From NCBI GenBank assembly GCA_020137815.1, contig CM035352.1, positions 8,122,001-8,186,000 of the forward strand: a DNA stretch of 64,000 nt. Direction: 5' to 3'. Position 1 is the stretch's first letter. Each line of letters opens with the position of its first letter. The translations under genes were made by a program, and so were the position numbers. The notes beneath the pieces were generated by a model. It was not told the origin of the DNA. It saw nothing but the letters and a program-made list of their open reading frames with translations, and did not search any database. Of the stretch, positions 23,101 through 33,649 are shown piece by piece. This DNA is from Hormiphora californensis (taxonomy: Eukaryota; Animalia; Ctenophora).

Positions 23101-26100
23101 GGGGAGATGAGGAGTTAGGGTACTGAAATAGAGGGGAGATGGGGAGTTAGGGTACTGAAATAGAGGGGAGATGGGGAGTTAGGGTACTGAAATAGAGGGG
23201 AGATGGGGAGTTAGGATACTGAAATAGAGGGGAGATGGGGAGTTAGGATACTGAAATAGAGGGGAGATGGGGAGTTAGGGTATTGAAATAGAGGGGAGAT
23301 GGGGAGTTAGGATACTGAAATAGAGGGGAGATGGGGAGTTAGGATACTGAAATAGAGGGGAGATGGGGAGTTAGGATACTGAAATAGAGGGGAGATGGGG
23401 AGTTAGGATACTGAAATAGAGGGGAGATGGGGAGTTAGGATACTGAAATAGAGGGGAGATGAGGAGTTAGGGTACTGAAATAGAGGGGAGATGGGGAGTT
23501 AGGGTACTGAAATAGAGGGGAGATGGGGAGTTAGGGTACTGAAATAGAGGGGAGATGGGGAGTTAGGATACTGAAATAGAGGGGAGATGGGGAGTTAGGA
23601 TACTGAAATAGAGGGGAGATGGGGAGTTAGGGTATTGAAATAGAGGGGAGATGGGGAGTTAGGATACTGAAATAGAGGGGAGATGGGGAGTTAGGATACT
23701 GAAATAGAGGGGAGATGGGGAGTTAGGATACTGAAATAGAGGGGAGATGGGGAGTTAGGATACTGAAATAGAGGGGAGATGGGGAGTTAGGGTACTGAAA
23801 TAGAGGGGAGATGGGGAGTTAGGATACTGAAACAGAGGGGAGATGGGGAGTTAGGATACTGAAATAGAGGGGAGATGGGGAGTTAGGATACTGAAATAGA
23901 GGGGAGATGGGGAGTTAGGATACTGAAATAGAGGGGAGATGGGGAGTTAGGATACTGAAATAGAGGGGAGATGAGGAGTTAGGATACTGAAATAGAGGGG
24001 AGATGGGGAGTTAGGATACTGAAATAGAGGGGAGATGGGGAGTTAGGGTACTGAAATAGAGGGGAGATGGGGAGTTAGGATACTGAAATAGAGGGGAGAT
24101 GGGGAGTTAGGATACTGAAATAGAGGGGAGATGAGGAGTTAGGGTACTGAAATAGAGGGGAGATGAGGAGTTAGGGTACTGAAATAGAGGGGAGATGGGG
24201 AGTTAGGATACTGAAATAGAGGGGAGATGGGGAGTTAGGGTACTGAAATAGAGGGGAGATGAGGAGTTAGGATACTGAAATAGAGGGGAGATGGGGAGTT
24301 AGGATACTGAAATAGAGGGGAGATGGGGAGTTAGGATACTGAAATAGAGGGGAGATGAGGAGTTAGGGTACTGAAATAGAGGGGAGATGAGGAGTTAGGG
24401 TACTGAAATAGAGGGGAGATGGGGAGTTAGGATACTGAAATAGAGGGGAGATGGGGAGTTAGGATACTGAAATAGAGGGGAGATGGGGAGTTAGGATACT
24501 GAAATAGAGGGGAGATGGGGAGTTAGGATACTGAAATAGAGGGGAGATGGGGAGTTAGGGTACTGAAATAGAGGGGAGATGGGGAGTTAGGGTATTGAAA
24601 TAGAGGGGAGATGGGGAGTTAGGGTACTGAAATAGAGGGGAGATGGGGAGTTAGGATACTGAAATAGAGGGGAGATGGGGAGTTAGGGTACTGAAATAGA
24701 GGGGAGATGGGGAGTTAGGGTACTGAAATAGAGGGGAGATAGGGAGTTAGGATACTGAAATAGAGGGGAGTTAGGGTACTGAAATAGAGGGGAGATGGGG
24801 AGTTAGGATACTGAAATAGAGGGGAGATGGGGAGTTAGGGTACTGAAATAGAGGGAGATGGGGAGTTAGGATACTGAAATAGAGGGGAGATGGGGAGTTA
24901 GGATACTGAAATAGAGGGGAGATGAGGAGTTAGGATACTGAAATAGAGGGGAGATGGGGAGTTAGGATACTGAAATAGAGGGGAGATGGGGAGTTAGGGT
25001 ACTGAAATAGAGGGGAGATGGGGAGTTAGGATACTGAAACAGAGGGGAGAGGGAGTTAGTTGCCATGCCACGCAGTTTGTCCATTCGTTAATGGGAGATG
25101 GGGAGTTAGGGTATTGAACTAGAGGGGAGAGGGGAGTTAGGGTGCTGGGTATTATAGGGATATGTTATAGGCTATTTCACTATTACATGGATTGTAGGGG
25201 AGTGGTAGGAGTTTATGGTGGAATGTGTAAGAGTAGCACAGAGATTAGAAAACATTTGTTCTGGTTTATTCTGGATGAATGTAACTTGATAATGTCACCA
25301 TGAGTCGTGACGTTACATTGTCACGCCTCAAGGGCTACACACTCTTCTAGAACAAAGGAAGTGCAACTACCGGATCAGACCGCTATGCCAGCGTGATGAG
25401 GCGACCGTGAACAACATGCAGCCGGAGTCACTGAGAGACAGAGAGACGGCGTCTCTGTTGCCGTGCGCGCTAACAACTGTAGATCAGATACCCCGCGCCC
25501 TACAATCAAGCTGAGTTCTAATTTAGGACAGCATCGATCAGCTGTTATTTCAGCGTGTGTGATTACAGTGTTCTTGCGTGGTGATTGCACTTTTAGTGAC
25601 ACATAATATCGGCAATATTAGGTGGGTTAACAAAAGAGGGTTTAAAATCACTGACTAAGTGAGAGTGTCGAGTAAGGAAAAGTTTTTAGTGTTGTGTATC
25701 TCACACTACATTTCATATCTGTGAGGGGTTAGGAGCATTGTGAGTGTACCGGGGCTGCATGTTATCGGAAATTGTACTTCCCTGCACTCACCATGCAAAC
25801 AGTACATTTTACAAAGACATGTGAGTGTGAGTGTGAATTAGAATGATTAACTGAATGAGGCTGTGGAGACTGGTGGATTGTAGTAAGTTGTTGTTTCCTT
25901 TGTTGATTGTTCAGTGAACAATGTTCACACGACAACAATGGAAACAACAAAGAATGGTTACTGGCTAATCATTGCTCTGCCAAACCCTTACAGAGCGTGC
26001 TCAATTACAAAATAAAATGCTGGCTCTACTCACCGAGAATTTCCTTGCGTCGTGTAGCGTGAGGTTCATCGTCATATTTGTACTCGAAATCTGTTGTCGA

Positions 26101-26115
26101 CACCACCTGACCCAT
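20129..26115 (-). CDS. DEGS1: Sphingolipid delta(4)-desaturase/C4-hydroxylase (DES1/DEGS family), 8 exons
   Basis: Exons 26115-26034 ([27 protein letters not shown]), 22104-21955, 21802-21710 (HEISH), 21392-21241 (HLEHH), 21100-20965, 20842-20641 (HNEHH), 20439-20302 (IGPYSRV), 20159-20129. Three His boxes and an N-terminal MG. Confidence 0.95.
22214..25058. repeat. 32-bp minisatellite (~88 copies) in DEGS intron 1
   Basis: Unit GAAATAGAGGGGAGATG(G/A)GGAGTTAGG(A/G)TACT in near-identical copies. Confidence 0.97.
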
Positions 26116-26129
26116 GATGGTGCACTACT

Positions 26130-26340
26130 AGCATGGGAGTAGAGGTAAATAAGGGAGAGGTAAATTAGGGAGTAGATGTGAGTTAGGGAGTTTTGAAGGG
26201 GAGTAGAGGTACATTAGGGAGTTGAAGGGGGAGTAGAGGTAAGTTAGGGAGTAGAGGTAAGTTAGGGAGTAGAGGTAAGTTAGGGAGTTGAAGGGGGAGT
26301 AGATGTGAATTAAGGAGTAGAGGTAAATAAGGGAGTAAAA
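26130..26340 (-). repeat. Pyrimidine-rich ~18-bp repeats upstream of the acceptor before the DEGS ATG
   Basis: Minus strand reads (CTCTACTCCCTAACTTAC)n, then GCTAG|TAGTGCACCATCATG. Confidence 0.8.
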
Positions 26341-26673
26341 GGGGTGTGCGAGGGGATTTGACGTAGTGTCATGGGAAGTGTAAATCAACACTAGTAAGAA
26401 TTAACAAAAGTTACAGCAACCCTTTAAAATGATCGGTATCACTAAAAGAAATATAAAGATGAATCAACCAATCAATAAGTTTCAAAATTTAACCCCAACA
26501 GAATTAAATTGACCTCAACAAAATCAAAATTGAGCTAAAAACATCTCACAGAGACTATAACCACGTACATTTTATATTTTACATGGCTTCCAAACTTTAG
26601 CATACGACAAATGTCATGGTCACATGAGATAACGTGAGATGGGCTTATCAGAGACACACCTGCTGCTATTGAA

Positions 26674-28222
26674 TTACCCGGCCCTTCTAGAGCAAATCTG
26701 CAAGCAAGTGCCGAGTAAAGCTGCACCGACTACTACCACCACCGCAACAGCGTTATCAAACCAGCCCCTGCCTCGAGCAACTTGACAAACTTGTTCCAGA
26801 CTCTCCCTCCCGTCCTGCCTGTCCAGGTTATACCCCGCCCAGGTTATCGGACCCACATGGTAGGCCGCCCAGAGCCGTGGAGATCGGAGGAGAGAGAAGG
26901 TGGTGGGGAGACGACCACACAATCCAGCTAGGGTGTCACGGTAATCACTGGAGGTGAAGAGACTGGCTCTAAATGTTCTGCTGTCGTGGGTAGATTGTAA
27001 AAATTACAGGGGGTATGGTTGCTGTTTTGTTGGCCAATTTAGCCGCGTACTGGCATTGCAAGTCGATAACTTGGAATGGTGAGGTGTATCGTACATTAAA
27101 CAGCCCAATGAATACTAAATCATCTTGGTCCGGTTTGAACATTTGAAGGTGTAAATCAGGGCGGCCATGATCATCTCCAAATGATGGTCGCAGTTCTCGG
27201 TCCAAAAACTCGAAATTAGTAGAAAATCCAGTACAAAAGATAATCCGATCGAAACGAGAGCGTGACGTTGTTCCATCTGCCAAAGTGAAAACAACATTTC
27301 CATTTTGGGTGATATCTTCTACAGACCCGTGGATAATACCCACCTTCCCAGACCGGACGAGATCCACAAAAGGCTGCGATGCAACCATACTACCCTCAGC
27401 GGGCTGACAGTTATCGTTAGGCACCTCCCAGGATCGCTGACTAAAGTAGGTGAGGTTAGCCGCGGCTTTTATCGCCCAATTCTGGATTGAGTGTGGTAGG
27501 TGTGTGAAAAACCGGGGTAAAGTAACATCGGATGGGATGCCACTGGGTTTGGTTTTAGGAACAAACCAGGTGCCGTTCCGAGTAACCACAGTTACATTTT
27601 CACACTCCCCACCATCCCGTGCTAGATCTACCACTACATCCACTGCACTAAAACTCAGGCCCACCACTAGTACTGACTTCCCTGAAAAGGGCAGGGAATT
27701 TTTGTACGTTGCGGAATGTGAGATAACATCTGTTGGAGGAATGGACAATGGTGGAAAATGAGGTACATTACTATGACCGTTTGCAACAATGACCCGATCA
27801 ACAGACATTTGGCTGACTTCTTCTGTCACTAGATCCTTGTATTTAATAATGAATCCTCCCTTAGTAGTCTGATCCTTGCTAACACTCAGAACCAAAGTCT
27901 GGAAGTGTTCTTGTACCTTTCCCTTTACAAAGTGATTGTAATAATTGCCGAATGTACGGAGAGTACTGCAGAGTGGTGGGGGAAATCTGGTGTTCCTTTA
28001 GGCCACGGGAAATCTGTCGAGCTCCATAACATATTTAGATACGTTGCACACAGTACAGTCCATGACTCCGCCAACTGTTCTAGAAACGTCCCAAACTCCG
28101 CCGGGATGGGGATCTTTTTCAAAAATATGGATTTCTGTTTGGACTTCAAGTTGCAACAGCCATTTTGCTTGGACCGTTCCGCTTACACCACCTCCAATAA
28201 TAGCTGTTTTGTGTGTTTTCAT
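26674..28222 (-). CDS. Flavin-containing monooxygenase (class B FMO), intronless, four apparent +1 indels (errors or pseudogene)
   Basis: FAD motif AIIGGGVSG, FEK...GGVW, DFPWP..P.FPHH, FMO-like SHSATYK, NADPH region VLVVGLSFSAVD, FCTGF, C-terminal YRDTLAGLCGRLP...GP..W.GY.L and a hydrophobic tail. Frame breaks near 28019, 27955, 27948 and 27003. Confidence 0.88.
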
Positions 28223-28382
28223 ACTAAAAAGTGGCATTTCTGGAATTTCCTTGTTTGAAATAAAAAGGGTACGCATGCGATTGGTAAAATTGTCGTCGCA
28301 TAACGCATTGTGGCCATCGCATTCGGCATTATGGCCGTCCGAGCACATTATTCGGGCCTCCATAGCCATGCCACATGGCCAA

Positions 28383-28660
28383 TTTAAGTGAACCAAACGG
28401 TATATTGTAGATAATCGATAGCACTAACAGATATAATAACTCCAACCATAGCCACAACCCTTCTCGAACGCGGAACGCCAAACTCGACTAGCGAGGCACC
28501 CCGAATTTAACGTTTGCCAATCGAGGTTTGGACTGGCTGCATTTGAACGAGCAGGGGCTCGGGGTCGTCATGTCATCAGGGGACTGCAGGTAACATAGGT
28601 AGTGACGTGCTGGGCTTGGACCATGCGTACATTGTGCGTCCGTGCAGATTTCCTGGTTTC
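28383..28660. repeat. Direct repeat, copy 1 (copy 2 at 30901-31190)
   Basis: About 149 bp starting TTAAGTGAACCAAACGG are identical to 30901-31049. The next ~130 bp are diverged but alignable. Confidence 0.9.
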
Positions 28661-29387
28661 CAAAATCAATGCTCATTTAACTTTGTAACATTCATGACAT
28701 ATTTTGGGTGTTTTTTGCTTTGCCTTACAGTGGAAATGTAAATGCCGATTAGCAAAGGCTTGGGCGGACTGGTGCCTTTGCCGACCCGTCATTTTGCCTT
28801 ACATATTCGAAACCAGAACATTTGAACCCCATTGTTGCACATTTAGATCGTTGTAGGTGATGCAGCTCCACTGGGCGGGGAAATTTTGCTATTGTTCCTG
28901 GGACCATTAGTTGACATGCAATTGCTGAAAGCAACTACGCCACCTCAATATGCAGTTATGAGGTTTTCTTGGAAGTCCCTAACCTCCGAAAATTTCTCTC
29001 GCTATAAAGGGTTACCATGGATTGGAAAATTGTGACTCGGTGATGTGTGTGACCCACGAGGCATGCCGTGCCGAGGAACATTATTTCGGACGATGCTTCC
29101 ATGGCCAATTTACGTTACGCTACAAAAATCGCGTTGATCAGCAGGTTGTCGAAGTTGAGGTTGTGCCATCTAAGGTCAGGCTCAATATGCAATTTGAGCT
29201 CAGCAATTCAGTATTTTCCACCAGATGTGAATTAGGACATGAATTAATTGAAATTAAATATATATTTCAAGTGGTGCATGCAAACTGAGGCGTTGGTAAA
29301 GACACAAGGTTGTCAGTGAGATTTAAAATGAGAAATTTGTGTGCAATCGAGCTATTTCACGTCTGGATGATTCACGGGCCAATTTAA

Positions 29388-30446
29388 ACCCTTCAACGCC
29401 CTGGAAAAATAGAAACAGTGGGAACATGGATGTGTAAAAGAGGTAAATAGGTCTAACATCTAATCCAAAATATGTTGCAATGTCCTTATTTGAATCTTCA
29501 AAGCAAATCGATTTATTAAAAATATTTCAGGAAACAAATAAACATTATCTCGACGAACGCTTGTCTAGACCTAGGTACAAAGCACCAAAGTTGTATCATC
29601 TTTGGGATCTTCTGAGTCATTTTTGTCATCTTCAAACCGATTTTCTCGGTAATTGAAACAAATTCTATGAAAAGGGCAAAAGCTAAACTCCAATATCCTG
29701 TAATTAGGGAATTTTAGCTAAGAAAGGACCGAAACTATGGAAAAATGTTTAACAAGCTAATTCCTTCACTATTTGGTCCATATGGGTCCCTATAATCATG
29801 AAAAACAAAATCAAAAAAAATCCACGATGGCGAAGATGGGTAATTGTTTTTCGCAATTACAGCAAAAACGGTTGAAGTAGGAGCAAAATGTCTCTCAGAA
29901 GACCCCCCCAAAATCGGACCTTCTGAATCGTTTAAGCATAGTCTCAGGTCTCTACGATCAGCCGTTTTTGAGATACAGGGAATTTATTTATTTCTGAAAT
30001 GACGGCTTTCACAAAAAAAACTCCGTACAGCTTATCTCAAATAAGGACACGCCCAAAATTTATGGCCACTTATATAATCGTTAGACGCAACTTTTCACCA
30101 ATTTACAGCTTTCACATGTTTTCGGAACTTTGCCAAATAGGGCGTTAAAGTGGAAAAAAAGAAATCCATCTCAGGACCGGAAATCAGCTCGGATTGCAAA
30201 AAAATTTTTTGTGGTTATTCACCTTCATGTCTTCTTCAAATCCCCAAATTTTCATGCTCCTATCTTTGAAAAAAAATTTTGAGATGCCAAAAACGTATTT
30301 TCAGGACATTTTTTAAACAGCTGTAGCAAAAATATGAATTCGACTTAAGGGCTAAAATTGCATATTTGAGGTCTCCTTGGTATGGCCTACAACCCTACGG
30401 TGAGAGATTTCCCTGCACTCGAAAAAAATTTTTGGTTAGCGTACCC
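29388..30446. mobile_element. Degenerate non-autonomous DNA transposon remnant(s)
   Basis: Imperfect inverted pair CTTCAACGCCCT (29391) / AGGGCGTTAAAG (30139). AT-rich MITE-like interior. Right end ...GCGTACCC|TTAA abuts the next element. Confidence 0.4.
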
Positions 30447-30450
30447 TTAA

Positions 30451-30900
30451 AGGTTGACAAGATACCTAAAACTTTTCGTATATCGTCTTATTTTGATTTA
30501 TCATTAATTTTCAGCATTTTTTCAGAATTTTTTGTCGGCTAGAAAAAAATTCGAAATAGGGGGTCTACCGATATTGTCAGCACTGGTTTTACTGGGCACA
30601 CTCACTGCGTCTCGCAAATTGAAATTCACGTTTCCGGTTCCTCAAAAGATAAAGACTTGATCTTGGTTGCGTTGGATTGGTCTCAATAAGACCTTTCCAA
30701 CGCTACCAAAACGGTTTCTGTATCTCATCAGGAACCGGAGATATTACGGTATCAATTTTAAAAAAGGCACACTCATTTGTCAGTAGACCCCCTATTTTGC
30801 ACATATTTCTAGCCGACAAAAAATTCTGAAAAAATGCTGAAAATTAATGATAAATCAAAATAAGACGATATACGAAAAGTTTTAGGTATCTTGTCAACCT
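30451..30900. mobile_element. 450-bp MITE with long TIRs and TTAA TSD (Kolobok-like termini)
   Basis: About 95-bp perfect TIRs starting AGGTTGACAAGATACC and ending GGTATCTTGTCAACCT. TTAA at 30447-30450 and 30901-30904. Confidence 0.9.
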
Positions 30901-31190
30901 TTAAGTGAACCAAACGGTATATTGTAGATAATCGATAGCACTAACAGATATAATAACTCCAACCATAGCCACAACCCTTCTCGAACGCGGAACGCCAAAC
31001 TCGACTAGCGAGGCACCCCGAATTTAACGTTTGCCAATCGAGGTTTGGATACGCTGCATGCCTTTAACGAGCGGGCCGGGGTATGCTCACTGCTCATCAG
31101 GGGACTGCAGCAGTAACATAGGGGAGGGACGTCGCTGGGCCTTTGGCCCAGTGCGTACCTGTGCGTCCAGGGCACAGGCCAATTTCCGTC
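30901..31190. repeat. Direct repeat, copy 2
   Basis: Matches 28383-28660. Confidence 0.9.
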
Positions 31191-31236
31191 TTCCAAGGCA
31201 GGGGCGGTGCGCGGCTTTTACCCGCTCTGGCCGACG

Positions 31237-32317
31237 CCTTGTCTTTTGCGGACGACACGAAACTCATACAAGTTATTCGGACACTACTTGACCAGGCTGA
31301 ACTTCAAAAGGACCTAGGAAGTGTGACTCAGTGGTCAATCAACAACAACATGAAACTCCATGAAGACAAGTTTCAACTGATTAATTATTCGCTTGGTAGG
31401 TCAAAGCTGTTGAGAGAACTACCCTTCACTGCAGAAACTTTATCTTATGTTACAATGGGAGGAACTGAGGTCGACCCAGAGCAGCATGTTAAGGACTTGG
31501 GGGTCTGGCTATCTGCAGATGGTACATGGACTCATCATATTGGCGATATTGTGAGGAGAGCTAACATGATCTCAGGGTGGATATTCTGTGCATTCAGGAG
31601 TAGGTCAGCAGAAGTACTACTAACCTTGTATAAGGCATTAGTTCGACCCATACTAGAATATTGTTGCCTGGTCTGGTATCCAACCGAAAATCGGAGATAT
31701 TCAAGCGGTGGAAAACGTTCAACGGGCGTTCACCCGGAAGATCCAAGGGATGAAGGATCTGGACTACTGGCAGCGTCTTGAGGCGCTTGACCTCATGTCC
31801 CTTCAGAGGAGACGCCAAAGGTATGAGTTAATCCACGTTTGGAAGATCTATCAGGGGCTTGTCCCCAATTGTGTTGAAATGGAGTTCCAGACGGGTCGGT
31901 TGGGAGTACAGGCGAAAACCCAGAAATATCCTTACTGGGCGGAAGCCAAACGGGCAGGCCAACTGTATAACTCCTTCGGCTTCAGGGCACCTCGGTTATG
32001 GAACAGACTTCCTAGAGAGGTTAATTGTTCAGAAACACTTCCTGGGTTCAAGGCAAACCTTGGTGCGTTCATGAAGAAATTCCATGACAGACCACCGGTG
32101 CGTGGCTATGTGACGGTCCTTAATGAGTTCAGAGAGGCAGAAAGGAAGAGCGTTATGTGAAGCTGTAAATGTTGTTTGCTGCTGACGCTGTTTGTGTTTG
32201 ACTTTGAGTAAGAGACTGTAAATAGACAATTTGACAAAGGAGGACCCACGAGATGGGAATTTCTACACTATATGTTTGTATTGTGTGTAATTTATTTGAA
32301 CTTGAACTTGAACTTGA
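31237..32317 (+). mobile_element. 5'-truncated CR1/L2-clade non-LTR retrotransposon
   Basis: FADDTK, KDLGV, LYKALVRPILEYCCLVW, ENVQRAFTRKI, SF..RAPRLWNRLP. Frameshift near 31688. 3' tail (TTGAAC)3. Confidence 0.92.
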
Positions 32318-33649
32318 AATGCGGCCGAAACATTTTTAACTCGCGCGTTCCGTCGAAATACCCAATGCGGACGATCCGCATTGGCTATTTTGACGTAGTG
32401 CGCCGATCAAAAAAATACTGCGACGGCAAAAAAACCTGTGTGGCGCGCGGATTTCACTAAAAATCTCATTTGAAACATCAAATTTGGAGAAAAATTGACC
32501 CTTTTCCTTGAATTTTTTCTTTTTCTCTCCGTGATCCAAAGTAAAAATGCGGACGCGTCCGCATCGTCCGCATGGCAGAGCCGCCCCTGTTCCAAGGTTG
32601 CTCGACATTTAACATTTTGAAAATTTTCACTTTTGTTTCTTTTTTGTTGTTGCAGTTTTTGCGTTCGACTTTTGAAAATTTGAAAAATGATAAAGGAGAG
32701 CCGCGCTGCGCGCCACCCATTACGCATCGCCGATAAGTTTTTTCTGCGCGTTCCAATTTAACGATTGTTCACTCTTATTCTTTCCGTATTGTTCACTCGC
32801 CTTTCCACATCTGACGGTGCCGACCCGATCTGAACGCACTGCTAGCACTTGTTGAGTAAGAGGTCAACGAGTTAGAAGCCGGGCGCCGCTCGACTAGCTT
32901 TACCCTGAGTCAGAATCAAAAGAAAACACGTGTGTTGCAGCTTCCTAAAATGCAGGGTGTGTTGAAATATGATACAAAATTAACCTTTTAGAATCTCCTA
33001 AAAAGAGGCTAAGTCAGGATGATAGTTTATGTAGATCTGTACATGATGATGATATATGGTCATACTCTCATTGGTCAGAGCTCTGTTAAGCTCACAATTG
33101 TTTGATTTCTTTTAACCCATGTTTGGATTCCAAATTGGAAGAGGGTTCTAGAAAATCATACAAAATAGGACCAAAATATTTCCAGCATTTAAATTTGTAA
33201 ATATGTTATATGTACTCAGATCTCTCTCCCTTATTTAACTCGGCATATCGGTGAATCCAACAGTGTTCTCTAGTTGCTGGATATTCTAACTTACAAAAAA
33301 CATAACATAACATAATATTTATATATTGAAGTTGTATTGGGACATAAACTTTGTAGTTGTAAACATGATAAACATTAAATAATCAATTTCGTGCTCTACT
33401 AGATATATATTTCTAAAATAACTCTAATAATATTAATCACACCGATACTATTTCCTTTCAGCATAAATCCCAATAAAAAGGGTGTATTCCGTCCGTGTGT
33501 TGTATATCTGTATTTGAATGATAATAAATGTAAAAATGTGAACTAAGAGCATGCACAGCTTCTTCAACCCTCTCTCTCTCCGTCCCTAAACAGTCCCGAT
33601 CACACTAAAATTCAACCCTTTTAATAAACCCATGTTGATCGGTAGTTAT

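Noticed and set aside
22214-25058. CRISPR array or telomere
   Set aside because: No unique spacers and a eukaryotic intron context. TTAGGG occurs at most once per 32-bp unit.
22214-25058. Recursive-splicing ratchet points
   Set aside because: Units read CAG|TA, not AG|GT, so no donor is regenerated after splicing.
26969-27007. 39-nt GT-AG intron near the FMO 3' end
   Set aside because: Splicing it leads to a stop within 8 codons. A +1 error in the T-run joins the FMO-like C-terminus better.
27998-28000. Programmed stop readthrough or selenocysteine in FMO
   Set aside because: The stop is TAA, and the conserved DFPWP/FPHH peptide lies in another frame, which points to indels.
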